NCBI GenBank assembly: GCA_017959225.1
Contig: JAGDBD010000045.1
Location: 16,965-80,964 of the forward strand
Direction of reading: 5' to 3'
Source: Fibrobacter sp.
Lineage (GTDB): Bacteria; Fibrobacterota; Fibrobacteria; Fibrobacterales; Fibrobacteraceae
DNA length: 64,000 bases
Shown: positions 36,045 through 45,622 of the stretch, in pieces
Layout of the letters: each line of letters opens with the position of its first letter
How positions within the stretch are numbered: the first letter of the stretch is position 1
Made by a program: the position numbers and the translations under genes
Notes under the pieces: generated by a model
Told to the model about the DNA's origin: nothing
Seen by the model: the letters and a program-made list of their open reading frames with translations, nothing else
Databases searched by the model: none

Positions 36045-37652
36045 ATGAGCAATCATTACAACATGCCTCATCTTCCGACTGCCAAGAGTCCTCGAGTTAC
36101 AATCGAGGTCGATGGCCAGAACGTGGAAGTGCCGGGCGATACTAACCTGCTCGAAGCTTTGAAAGCTGTCGGCATTGAAACTCCGCACGTCTGCTACCAT
36201 CCGTATCTTCCGGTTTCTGGTAATTGTCGCCAGTGCCTCGTGGAAACGGAAGGCCCGCGCGGAAAGGCTTTGATCATTTCTTGCTTCACCCCGGTGAAGG
36301 AAGGCATGAAAATTTCGACTCCGCGTTCCAGTGAACGTGTGAAGAACGCTCGTGCAGCAGTTTCTGAATTCATGCTGCTGAACCATCCGTTAGACTGTCC
36401 GATCTGCGACAAGGCGGGTGAATGCACGCTCCAAGAAAATTACGTGGAAGCGGGCAAGGACACGAGCCGTCTCTTCCCGGAAGTCGGTAAAAATTATCAC
36501 GGCAATCCGGATCACCAGTTCTACGACACCAAGGGTCAGCTCCGCGGCGGTAAGCGTGTGGACATTGGCCCGCGTATCTTCCTCGACGAAGAACGCTGCG
36601 TACAGTGCGACCGTTGCGTCCGTTTTATGCGCGATGTGGCAGGCGATGAACAGTTACAGCTTGCGCTCCGTGCCGACAAAACCTACATCACAACCTTCCC
36701 GGGCCGCAAACTCGATCACGAATACGATCTTTGCGTTACGGATGTTTGCCCCACAGGCGCTATGACTGCGAAGTATTTCCGCTTCCAGCAGCGCGTTTGG
36801 ATGCTTTCTCGCACGGCAACCATCTCCATGGATGATTCCCTTGGCGCAAACATCTGGCTCGAACATAACAACGGGTACATTTGGCGTGTGATGCCGCGTT
36901 GCAATCCGGAAGTGAACCGCACCTGGATTTCGAACACGAGCCGTCTTGCTTTCCAACAGTTTGCAAAGGACCGTTTGCCGGTGGGAAGTTTGGACGCGCT
37001 GAAGAAGGCTTTGGCCGCTGAAGGTAAAATCGCATTTGTTCTCGGTGGAAGCGCAACGAACGAAGATGCTGCCGCCCTCAAAACGCTTGTGAACAAGCTT
37101 GGCGCCCGCGCAGAAGTCTTTGTCGGAACGTTTGCTCCGGTAGGAACTCCGGACGGAATTTCGAAGAGCGGTGACCCGGTGGCGAACCGTGCGGGCTTTG
37201 CCCTGTTCGGCTTTACGGCTACGGCGGAAGATCTTGCAAAACGGGCTTCCGAATTCAAAACGCTGGTTTCGCTTTCCGCAGACTTGTGGGGCAGCGATGC
37301 TTCCAAGGCTAAGGCTCTTGAAGTGATTCCGAACCGCATTTCGATTTCTGCAAAGAACGATGCGACGGCAAAGAAGTCTTCGACGGTCTATGGTGTCAAT
37401 CACTGGTCTGAAGTGAGCGGCTCCATGGTGAACGTGAACTCGATCCTTCAAAAGTTGAATGCAGCTCCGACTTCTCCGGATGCAGAACTCGCTCCGCTGT
37501 TCTCCGTTCTCTTTGCCCTTGCCGGTGAAGAAGTGACGAGCGCAGCGATCGCTTTCAAGAAAGCTGGCGAATTCGCTCCGAAGCTTGCGAAGCTCTCTTT
37601 TGACGCCATCCATAGCACGGGCGAATTGCTCGATGGAGATGCTGCAGTATGA
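36045..37652 (+). CDS. nuoG: NADH-quinone oxidoreductase subunit G (short, 535 aa)
   Basis: CYHP...GNCRQC, HPLDCPICDKAGEC, CVQCDRC and CPTGA. Confidence 0.92.
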   Translation: MSNHYNMPHLPTAKSPRVTIEVDGQNVEVPGDTNLLEALKAVGIETPHVCYHPYLPVSGNCRQCLVETEGPRGKALIISCFTPVKEGMKISTPRSSERVKNARAAVSEFMLLNHPLDCPICDKAGECTLQENYVEAGKDTSRLFPEVGKNYHGNPDHQFYDTKGQLRGGKRVDIGPRIFLDEERCVQCDRCVRFMRDVAGDEQLQLALRADKTYITTFPGRKLDHEYDLCVTDVCPTGAMTAKYFRFQQRVWMLSRTATISMDDSLGANIWLEHNNGYIWRVMPRCNPEVNRTWISNTSRLAFQQFAKDRLPVGSLDALKKALAAEGKIAFVLGGSATNEDAAALKTLVNKLGARAEVFVGTFAPVGTPDGISKSGDPVANRAGFALFGFTATAEDLAKRASEFKTLVSLSADLWGSDASKAKALEVIPNRISISAKNDATAKKSSTVYGVNHWSEVSGSMVNVNSILQKLNAAPTSPDAELAPLFSVLFALAGEEVTSAAIAFKKAGEFAPKLAKLSFDAIHSTGELLDGDAAV

Positions 37653-39010
37653 TGGAATTTATTGAATCCAAAACTTGGATTGAATGGCTTCTGGTAATTG
37701 CAAAGCTCGCTCTTGCATTTATCCCGGTGCTTTTCATTCTTCTCTTGATTCCGATGGAACGCCGTGGTGCAGGTTTCATTCAGGACCGTCAAGGTCCGAA
37801 CCGCTCCTACATCAAGATTCCGGTCTTCGGAAAGATCCGCGCTTTTGGTTGGATCCAGAACTGCTGCGACGGCTTGAAGCTCTTCTTCAAAGAAATCTAT
37901 GAACCGAAGAGCGTTCATAAGGTAATCTTCTCCCTCGCTCCGGCAATTCCCTTCGGCCTTACGCTTCTTACGCCGTGCGTTCTTCCGTATTTCGCTTCTT
38001 TGAACTTTACGTTCGGCGATACGGTGGTGCACATTCCGGCGGCGAATGTGGATACGGATATCGGCATTTTGTTGATGTTCGGTCTTTCTTCGCTCTCGGT
38101 TTTCGGTACGGTGCTTTCGGGCTGGGCTTCTAAATCGAAGTTCCCGCTTTTGGGCGCTCTCCGTGCAACGGCAACGAGCATCAGTTATGAAGTCTGCCTG
38201 GGCCTTTCCATGATGGGCATGGTCCTGCTTGCAGGTACGTTCAACGTGGAAGGCATTGTGAACTGGCAAGAAACCCATACGTGGGGTATTTTTGTTCAAC
38301 CGGTGGCTTTCTTCTGCTTCCTTCTTGCTGCAATCGCAGAAACGGGACGTCCTCCCTTTGACGTTTCGGAAGGTGACCCGGAACTTGTGGCCGGTTACCA
38401 CACGGAATATGGCGCTATGCAGTTCGGTATGTTCTACATGGGCGAATATGGCCACGTGGGAATCAACAGTATTCTCATGGCGACCCTCTTCCTCGGTGGC
38501 TACTCCATTCCGTTCATGACGACCGCCGATGTGCAGGCGAACTTTGGCACGGTCCTTGCCGTTCTCTTCGGCATCTGCGCCTTCCTCGCTCTCGCATTCC
38601 TCCACATGGTTTTCCGCTGGCTCCGTGAATTCAACAAGGGCAAAGCTTCCAACAAGGACGAAATCAATAAGGAATATCTCCTTTACAAGATTATCGCTTG
38701 GTTGGCAGTCCCTGTGTTCATCGCTCTTGCGGTGGTTTCCGGACTCTTTGTGCATCCGGAATCGACTATTGTGAACGGTATTCCGGTCTACGGTATCGGT
38801 ACCGCTCTCGGTACGGCTGCGGTACAGTTCCTCGTTTTGATGATTAAAACGGTGTTCTTCTGCTGGATCTGGATTTGGGTTCGCTGGACGCTTCCGCGCT
38901 TCCGCTATGACCAGATTATGCATCTCGGTTGGAAGATCCTCTTGAACATTGCCCTGTTGAACTTGGTGGTGACTGCCGTTATCGCTAAACTCGTCATGGG
39001 AGGCAACTAA
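37649..39010 (+). CDS. nuoH: NADH-quinone oxidoreductase subunit H (long)
   Basis: ERRGAGFIQDRQGPNR, ISYE, PFDVSEGDPELVAGYHTEY and PRFRYDQ. Confidence 0.95.
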   Translation: MMEFIESKTWIEWLLVIAKLALAFIPVLFILLLIPMERRGAGFIQDRQGPNRSYIKIPVFGKIRAFGWIQNCCDGLKLFFKEIYEPKSVHKVIFSLAPAIPFGLTLLTPCVLPYFASLNFTFGDTVVHIPAANVDTDIGILLMFGLSSLSVFGTVLSGWASKSKFPLLGALRATATSISYEVCLGLSMMGMVLLAGTFNVEGIVNWQETHTWGIFVQPVAFFCFLLAAIAETGRPPFDVSEGDPELVAGYHTEYGAMQFGMFYMGEYGHVGINSILMATLFLGGYSIPFMTTADVQANFGTVLAVLFGICAFLALAFLHMVFRWLREFNKGKASNKDEINKEYLLYKIIAWLAVPVFIALAVVSGLFVHPESTIVNGIPVYGIGTALGTAAVQFLVLMIKTVFFCWIWIWVRWTLPRFRYDQIMHLGWKILLNIALLNLVVTAVIAKLVMGGN

Positions 39011-39579
39011 TGGTTCGCGTTGTTAAACACAAAGAAATGAACTTGATCGAACGCCTCTATATTTTTGAAGCGTTCCGCGGTCTCTACACGACGATCAAGC
39101 ACTTTTTACGCGGTTTCTTCCGCTATGAAACGCTGCCGACGACCGGATATCCGGAAGTCAAGCCTTACATTCCGCGGGATTACCGTTCCAAGCACCGTAT
39201 GATGGTGCGTCCGGACGGTTCTCCGCGTTGCGTCGCGTGCTTTATGTGCGCATCGGCTTGCCCGGCTCACTGCATCTTTATCGAATCGGCTCAGTCCGCG
39301 GACGGTCGAATCGAAAAGAAGGCGGCCCGTTTTGAAATCGATCATTCCGTCTGCATTTTCTGCGGCCTTTGCGTGGAAGCTTGCCCGGTTGACGCTCTTC
39401 GCATGGATACTTGCGAAACGAGCTTTGTCCATCCGAAGCGCAAAGACTTCATTGTCAATCTCACGGATTTGACAAGTTGGAATCCGAAGGATTATCCGGA
39501 TGATCCGCAGAGCCAAGTTGCTCCGGGCGGAACAAAAAATAAGCAGGCTCTCGAAGTCTGGGGAGAAGTCAAATGCTAG
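39010..39579 (+). CDS. nuoI: NADH-quinone oxidoreductase subunit I
   Basis: CVACFMCASACP and CIFCGLCVEACP. Confidence 0.95.
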   Translation: MVRVVKHKEMNLIERLYIFEAFRGLYTTIKHFLRGFFRYETLPTTGYPEVKPYIPRDYRSKHRMMVRPDGSPRCVACFMCASACPAHCIFIESAQSADGRIEKKAARFEIDHSVCIFCGLCVEACPVDALRMDTCETSFVHPKRKDFIVNLTDLTSWNPKDYPDDPQSQVAPGGTKNKQALEVWGEVKC

Positions 39580-40118
39580 CTCTCATCTACTTCATTATTT
39601 TGGCGGTGATCGCTGTGGGATGCTCCCTTTGCATCTTCTTCACCAAGCATCCGCTTTATGCTTCCATCGCGATGGTTACGACGATGCTTTCTTTGGCCGG
39701 TATTTACGGCCTTTTGGGAAGTCCCTTCGTCGGCGCTGTTCAGATCATGGTCTATGCAGGCGCAGTCATGACGCTTCTCATGTTCATCATTCTTGTGCTG
39801 AACGGATCCCGTGACAATACGACAAAGCGGTTCGACAAGGTTTCGATCTTTGTTCTGCTTTCCGTAATCGCTGTCGCATGCCTCACTTCGATCGTTCTTT
39901 GCCACTCGACTTTTGCCTTTGACCCGGCAACGGTCCGCGGCGGTGTGGACGTGACAGCGCATACGCTTTTCAATGTGAGCGCAGGCGGTAACGGTTATTA
40001 TCTGATTGTCCTTGCGATTGGCCTTGTGCTTCTTTCTGCAATGGCGACGGCGGTCATTCTCGCCCGTAAGCGTATCGCTTCGGATCCGGAGAAGGTCTTG
40101 CCTGAGGAGGTTCACTAA
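39573..40118 (+). CDS. nuoJ: NADH-quinone oxidoreductase subunit J
   Basis: AVQIMVYAGAVMTLLMFII. Confidence 0.93.
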   Translation: MLALIYFIILAVIAVGCSLCIFFTKHPLYASIAMVTTMLSLAGIYGLLGSPFVGAVQIMVYAGAVMTLLMFIILVLNGSRDNTTKRFDKVSIFVLLSVIAVACLTSIVLCHSTFAFDPATVRGGVDVTAHTLFNVSAGGNGYYLIVLAIGLVLLSAMATAVILARKRIASDPEKVLPEEVH

Positions 40119-40426
40119 TGCAAGCGATTTACGTTCAAATTTTGGCGTTGATCCTCTTGTCTCTGGGCATCGCTACGGCTCTTTGCCGTCGCAACGTGTT
40201 CTTCGTTTTGATGGGCGTAGAACTGGCGTTGAATGCGGTGAACCTGAGCATTGTGGGATTCTCCAAGACCCTTGCCGATACGGCGAGCGTTACTGGCCAG
40301 ATTATTCCGCTCTTTACGATTGCGGTTGCCGCTGCAGAAGCTTGCGTCGGCCTTGCAATCATCATCCTGATTTTTAGAAACCAGGATAGTGCGGATGTCG
40401 ATAACTATTCCAATATGAGGGGGTAA
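40118..40426 (+). CDS. nuoK: NADH-quinone oxidoreductase subunit K
   Basis: GVELALNAVNL and VAAAEACVGLAI. Confidence 0.95.
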   Translation: MQAIYVQILALILLSLGIATALCRRNVFFVLMGVELALNAVNLSIVGFSKTLADTASVTGQIIPLFTIAVAAAEACVGLAIIILIFRNQDSADVDNYSNMRG

Positions 40427-40432
40427 CAGAAA

Positions 40433-42388
40433 ATGATTCCTCTTTGGTTAATCCCTCTTTTCCCTCTCGTTGGCGTGGTGGTGCTTGCGCTCATCGCCCT
40501 TGCGTCTTCTGAAAGCGAAAAGGGTCCGGACGAAGGTTTGGTTGGCGCGATTGCGGTGGTGTTCCCGCTTCTCGCCTTTGTGGCAACTGCGTTTATCGGC
40601 TGGAACATGCCGGTGCACGGTATTCACGAAACTTTGGGCAACTGGATTGATACTCCGCTGCTCTCGGTAAGTTTCGGATTCCTTTTTGACGGACTTTCCC
40701 GTACAATGCTCCTCTTTATCACGGGCATTGCAACTCTCATCACGATGTATTCGACGGGTTATATGCACAAGGACCGTGGCTATGCCAAGTTCTTTGCTTA
40801 CATCAACCTGTTCGTGTTCAGCATGGTGGTGCTCGTCCTTTCGGATTCTTTGGTTCTGACGTTCCTCGGTTGGGAAGGCGTGGGCCTTTGCTCTTACCTC
40901 CTTATCGGTTTCTGGAACAAGGATTTGAAGAACTGCAAAGCGGCGAACAAGGCGTTCCTCGTGAACCGTGTCGGTGACGTGGGATTCCTCCTCGGTATGG
41001 CTGCTTTGGTGGCTGTCGGCGGTTCGAGCCTTTTGAACTATTCGGATCTCATTGCTTGGATTTTGAATCCGGCATCTGCCGAAATGATCGTGGTGGGAAT
41101 TCCGCTTTTGACGGCGGCAGGACTTCTCTTCTTCTGGGCTTGCACGGCAAAGAGCGCTCAGATTCCGCTCCTCACCTGGCTTCCGGATGCAATGGCCGGT
41201 CCGACTCCGGTTTCTGCGTTGATCCATGCGGCGACGATGGTCACTGCGGGTGTCTATCTCGTTGCTCGCCTTTCTCCGCTGTTTGTGATTCTTCCGGGCG
41301 TGCTTCCGATTATCGCTCTCGTTGGTATGGCGACCGCCTTCTGGGCAGCTGTCGCTGGCCTTCTTCAGAACGATATTAAAAAGGTGCTCGCTTACTCGAC
41401 GATTTCGCAGCTCGGCTATATGTTCATGGCGGCTGGCGTTTCTGCTTTTGACGTTTCGATTTTCCACGTGTTCACCCACGCCTTCTTTAAGGCAACGCTC
41501 TTCCTTGGCGCAGGTGCTGTGATGCACGCTCTTGCCGGTGAACAGGATATGCGCAAAATGGGCGGTCTTTTGAAGAAGACTCCGATTACGGCGATTACGA
41601 TGCTCTTTGCATATCTCGCCATTATCGGCTTCCCGGGATTTTCGGGCTTCTTCTCGAAGGATTTGATCCTCGAACATGTGTTTGACTTCTCTCGAATTCT
41701 TGGCCCGGTCCTTTACTGCGTCGGCCTTGCTACCGCTGTAATTACAGCCGTTTACATGACCCGTTTGATGGTTCTCGTTTTCCTCGGCAAGTACCGCGGC
41801 GAACTTCGTGACGATCAGATTCATGAAGCTCCGTTCTCGATGACCTTCCCGATGTGCATTCTTGCTATCGGATCGGCTTTCTCCGGTTACTTCTGGAACG
41901 TATTTGTCCATGGTGCCAACTGGTTTGAACAGTGGCTTGCTCCGGTGGTGCAGACGGCCCAGAAGATGGCGCACTTCTTGACGGTGGAAAAGGCAATGCC
42001 TTCGCCGCTGACGTTTGCGATTCTCGGAACGATTGCGGCCCTCGTGGGCGTTTGTGTCGGCTATATGATCTTTACTCGCAAGCGCATTCCGCAGCTCAAG
42101 AAAAATGCGGATTCGGCTCCGGTCGGTGGCGCTCGTGATTGGACATTCTTCTTTGATTATGTTCACAACATTGTCATCAAAGCGTTTGAAATTCTCGCTT
42201 GGGTGACGGACGTGGTCATTGACAAGTTCGTTCAGATTCTGCAATGGATGGTTTGCTCCATCGTCTTCATTGTGGGTGACGGTCTTCGTTCTCTCCAGGT
42301 TCGCAAGGTTCGCTTGCAAGTGGCCTTGAGCATTGCTGGCATGGCGATCATCGGCATTGTGGTCTATCTCTGCGGAGGGCTTTCCTAA
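40433..42388 (+). CDS. nuoL: NADH-quinone oxidoreductase subunit L
   Basis: GWEGVGLCSYLLIGFW, KSAQIPL and WLPDAMAGPTPVSALIHAATMV. Confidence 0.96.
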   Translation: MIPLWLIPLFPLVGVVVLALIALASSESEKGPDEGLVGAIAVVFPLLAFVATAFIGWNMPVHGIHETLGNWIDTPLLSVSFGFLFDGLSRTMLLFITGIATLITMYSTGYMHKDRGYAKFFAYINLFVFSMVVLVLSDSLVLTFLGWEGVGLCSYLLIGFWNKDLKNCKAANKAFLVNRVGDVGFLLGMAALVAVGGSSLLNYSDLIAWILNPASAEMIVVGIPLLTAAGLLFFWACTAKSAQIPLLTWLPDAMAGPTPVSALIHAATMVTAGVYLVARLSPLFVILPGVLPIIALVGMATAFWAAVAGLLQNDIKKVLAYSTISQLGYMFMAAGVSAFDVSIFHVFTHAFFKATLFLGAGAVMHALAGEQDMRKMGGLLKKTPITAITMLFAYLAIIGFPGFSGFFSKDLILEHVFDFSRILGPVLYCVGLATAVITAVYMTRLMVLVFLGKYRGELRDDQIHEAPFSMTFPMCILAIGSAFSGYFWNVFVHGANWFEQWLAPVVQTAQKMAHFLTVEKAMPSPLTFAILGTIAALVGVCVGYMIFTRKRIPQLKKNADSAPVGGARDWTFFFDYVHNIVIKAFEILAWVTDVVIDKFVQILQWMVCSIVFIVGDGLRSLQVRKVRLQVALSIAGMAIIGIVVYLCGGLS

Positions 42389-43953
42389 TGTTATACGCAC
42401 TGGTTTTTGCTCCGTTCCTCGCCGCCCTTTTGATGGTTGCCGCTTCCGGCAAGGATGCCCGTTCGGCTTCTCGCCTTGCGGTGATTCTTTCGGCGATTCA
42501 CTTGCTTGCAAGCGTTGTGCTCCTGTTCTCGGGTGATTACAATACGACGCCTGCTGGATGGTTTACGATCCCGGGAGCTGGCATCACGGTGACCCTCTCT
42601 TTTGCGGTGAACGGATTCTCCGCTTGGATGGTCTTTTTGGCCAATATCATCACCCTTGCCGCGTTGATTAGCGCTCGCAAGACGACAGGCGGCAACTACC
42701 GCAATTTCGCCATTGGACTGTTTGCTCTCCTTGGCGCTTTGAACGGTACGTTCCTTGCCTCCGACGCGGTGCTCTTCTTCTTCTTCTTTGAAGCTCTTGT
42801 GTTGCCAGCGGCAATTCTCATCGGTTCTTATGGTGGACCGGAACGTCGTGAAGCGGCTGTGAATTTTGCCCTTTACACGCTCATCGGTTCTGCTCCGATG
42901 GCAGTGGCTCTCTGGTACTTGATCTCCATTGCAGGATCTTCTTATGTGCTTCCGGTTGCCCAGGCGGCCCAAGCCCTTCCGGAATCCACACAGACGATTC
43001 TCTTCTGGTGCTTTGCGGCGGCATTCTGGGTTAAGACTCCGCTCTTCCCGTTGCACGGTTGGCAGGCTCAGACTTATGCAGAAGCTCCGGCTAGCCTGAG
43101 CGCCGTTTTGACGGGTTCCATGTCGAAGGCTGGCGTTTATGGATTCTATTTCTGGGTCCTTGCTATTTTCCCGGACATCGCTTTCAAAAATGGCATGATT
43201 CTTCTTGGATTCGGCGTTTTGACAGCGGTTTACGGAGCTTTCATGGCCATGCGCGCTAAAGACATCAAGAAGCTTCTCGCATTTAGCTCCATGAGCCACT
43301 TAGGCCTTGCCATTGCCGGTATCTTTACGTTGAACGTGGAAGTGTTCCCGGCGGTGCTCGTGCTTCTCGTTGGCCACGGACTTTCTGCTTCGGCACTCTA
43401 CATTCTTGCGGGTTCTGCGGAACGCCTTGCTGGCCACCGTATTCTCGACAAAATGGGCGGCTTTGCTAGCCGTTATCCGGTGTTCGGATTCTTCTTTGGT
43501 GTGGCGAGCGTCCTTGCGATCGCTATTCCGGGTACCGCAGGCTTTGTCAGTGAATTCCTTGTGCTTCTCGGCCTTTGGAAAGTGAGCTGGTTCATTGCCT
43601 TGCTGGCTGGCCTTTGCATTATTTTGACCGGCGTTTATATGCTGCGCCTGATTCAGAAAGTGCTCTTTGGCGAACCGGGCGAAATTTCGGAAGATCAGAA
43701 AAAGCTTCGTTTCCCCATTGCGGATGCTGTGGCTGTAGCTCCTCTTTTGATTCTTCTCGTTGTCTTCGGTGTGCATCCGCATCCGATTACGAATACGCTG
43801 GATTATACCCAGGTGACGGAAGAACAGCAGGCTGAAATCGAAGCGGCGATTGCCGCGGCGGAACCGGAAGCCCTTTCTGCAGAAGATTCTCTGCAGGTGA
43901 AGCAGTCTTTTGAACAAGAAGTAAAACAAGTGGAGGCTGAAGATGTCCGCTAG
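42388..43953 (+). CDS. nuoM: NADH-quinone oxidoreductase subunit M
   Basis: FFFFEAL, VKTPLFPLHGW and AFSSMSHLG. Confidence 0.94.
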   Translation: MLYALVFAPFLAALLMVAASGKDARSASRLAVILSAIHLLASVVLLFSGDYNTTPAGWFTIPGAGITVTLSFAVNGFSAWMVFLANIITLAALISARKTTGGNYRNFAIGLFALLGALNGTFLASDAVLFFFFFEALVLPAAILIGSYGGPERREAAVNFALYTLIGSAPMAVALWYLISIAGSSYVLPVAQAAQALPESTQTILFWCFAAAFWVKTPLFPLHGWQAQTYAEAPASLSAVLTGSMSKAGVYGFYFWVLAIFPDIAFKNGMILLGFGVLTAVYGAFMAMRAKDIKKLLAFSSMSHLGLAIAGIFTLNVEVFPAVLVLLVGHGLSASALYILAGSAERLAGHRILDKMGGFASRYPVFGFFFGVASVLAIAIPGTAGFVSEFLVLLGLWKVSWFIALLAGLCIILTGVYMLRLIQKVLFGEPGEISEDQKKLRFPIADAVAVAPLLILLVVFGVHPHPITNTLDYTQVTEEQQAEIEAAIAAAEPEALSAEDSLQVKQSFEQEVKQVEAEDVR

Positions 43954-45343
43954 TTTTGTAAATCTCCTTCCGATGATTTTCGTTGCGCTTGGCGCAATGG
44001 TCAGCATCGCGACGGAACCGTTCGTTGCCGATAAGAACAAACAGAAGGTGCTCCCTTGGGTTGCAAGCGCGTTCCTTTTGCTTTCGGCGATTTCCTTTGT
44101 ATTCGTGAAGGTGGACGCAGCTCCGCTTTACGGATTCTTTGAAATGGACACGATCCGCATTGTGCTTTCCCTTGCCGTGTTGCTTTGCGCATTCCTCGGC
44201 ATTGGCGGTTTGCAGGTGACCCTTGCCCGTGAAAAGTATCCGGCTGGTGAACCCTACGGACTTGCTCTTCTCGCCACGGTAGGCGTATTGATCATGGTGC
44301 AGTCGGTGGATTTCCTTCCGCTTTTCATTGGTATGGAACTGGCTGCTTATCCGATCTACGGTCTTGTCGGTTTGCGCCGCAAGGATCGCAATGCGAACGA
44401 AGCTACTTTCAAGTACTTTGTAACAGGCGCGGTCTTTAGCGTGGTTTTCTTGTACGGTATGTCTTTGATTTACGGTGCGACGGGTACGACGCACTTCGGT
44501 GGAAAAATTCTCGCTGGTCGTGAACTTCTCTATTCCGCAGGTGTTCTGCTTTCGGCTTTTGCGCTCCTTTTCAAAGCCGGTGCTGCTCCGATTCACTTCT
44601 GGGTTGCTGACGTTTATTCGGGCGCTTCCGTTGCGGTGACGGGCTTTATGGCTGCTGTCGTGAAGGTCGGCGCTCTTGCCGCTTTGGGTTCGCTTTGGAT
44701 CCGTTCGGGCGTCGAAAAACTTGCCCCGGTGATGATCATCGTTGCCATCCTTTCGATTGTGATCGGTTCGCTTTCGGGAATTGCCCAGAAGTCGATTCGT
44801 CGCATTATCGCATTCTCTGCGGTGATGAACGCAGGCTTTATGGTGCTTGGCCTTGTGAGCAAGGATTTGGGCGCAATGTATTATTTCCTTGTGACGTATG
44901 CTTTGGCTTCTGCCGGAGCTCTCGCTGCGATTTCTGCCTTTAGCGGCAAGAATGATGAAAAGGAAACCCTGGTGGACATTCGCGGTCTTGGCCGTCGTCA
45001 TCCGCTCGAAGGCATTGCTGCCGTGGTTTGCCTTGCAAGCCTTGCCGGTCTTCCGCCGCTGTCTGGATTCCTTGCCAAGTTCGTCTTGTTCTCGGGCGTT
45101 GTGAGCACGGGCTTTGTCGCTCTCGCAGCATTCGGCGTTGTGTTCTCGATCATCGCCATTTACTATTACTTGCGCGTGGCGATTTCGATCTTTGCTCCGG
45201 CAGAAAAGACGGATGACGCAAAGAAAGAAACCGCTTTGAGCTCTTCGACGTACTTCTTGCTTCGCTTTGGCGTTACAGTGACGTCCATCGTTCTCGTGCT
45301 TCTCGCTTTGATACCGATCCTTTTACAGGTGAAGACATTCTAA
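43943..45343 (+). CDS. nuoN: NADH-quinone oxidoreductase subunit N
   Basis: EATFKYF, FKAGAAPIHFWVADVY and GLPPLSGFLAKF. Confidence 0.94.
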   Translation: MSASFVNLLPMIFVALGAMVSIATEPFVADKNKQKVLPWVASAFLLLSAISFVFVKVDAAPLYGFFEMDTIRIVLSLAVLLCAFLGIGGLQVTLAREKYPAGEPYGLALLATVGVLIMVQSVDFLPLFIGMELAAYPIYGLVGLRRKDRNANEATFKYFVTGAVFSVVFLYGMSLIYGATGTTHFGGKILAGRELLYSAGVLLSAFALLFKAGAAPIHFWVADVYSGASVAVTGFMAAVVKVGALAALGSLWIRSGVEKLAPVMIIVAILSIVIGSLSGIAQKSIRRIIAFSAVMNAGFMVLGLVSKDLGAMYYFLVTYALASAGALAAISAFSGKNDEKETLVDIRGLGRRHPLEGIAAVVCLASLAGLPPLSGFLAKFVLFSGVVSTGFVALAAFGVVFSIIAIYYYLRVAISIFAPAEKTDDAKKETALSSSTYFLLRFGVTVTSIVLVLLALIPILLQVKTF

Positions 45344-45368
45344 AAAACATGGGATGACCACGCCTGCT

Positions 45369-45446
45369 GTCATTGCGAGGCGAAGGCTTTACAAGACTCT
45401 GCAACTTGTTGCAGAGTCTTGTTATCCCCAATGGGGAGAAGCTATC
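45369..45446. repeat. REP-like left half-site interrupted by nested palindromes
   Basis: GTCATTGCGAGGCGAAG...GAAGCTATC enclosing the perfect inverted repeat ACAAGACTCTGCAAC-TT-GTTGCAGAGTCTTGT (45391-45422) and TCCCCA-A-TGGGGA. Confidence 0.55.
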
Positions 45447-45622
45447 AGAACAATCCTCCTATAAAAAAGTTTTCGGGAAAATTTTTCCCGAAATTTTAAA
45501 ACGTTTGTATAATCGTTGTAATATCGGCTTCTTTTTTTACGTTTGCCGCCGAGGTTTAGCCAAATAAAAGTGTTATATTAAAAAAACAACTTATAATTTT
45601 GTTGCATTTGGCGAGGTCTGGT

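Noticed and set aside
38504-38828. NuoA fused inside NuoH
   Set aside because: The insert has only two clear TM segments and lacks the NuoA YECG and FDVE signatures.
40448-42511. 687-aa antisense ORF over nuoL, and similar long antisense ORFs (37448-38923, 43787-45001, 20205-21449, 17486-18652, 225-1361)
   Set aside because: These are shadow frames of well-conserved genes with biased codon usage, and show no protein motifs or RBS.
45354-45464. 36-codon ORF MTTPAVIARRRLYKTLQLVAESCYPQWGEAIRTILL
   Set aside because: It runs through palindromic repeat DNA, has no convincing RBS, and is most likely a chance ORF.
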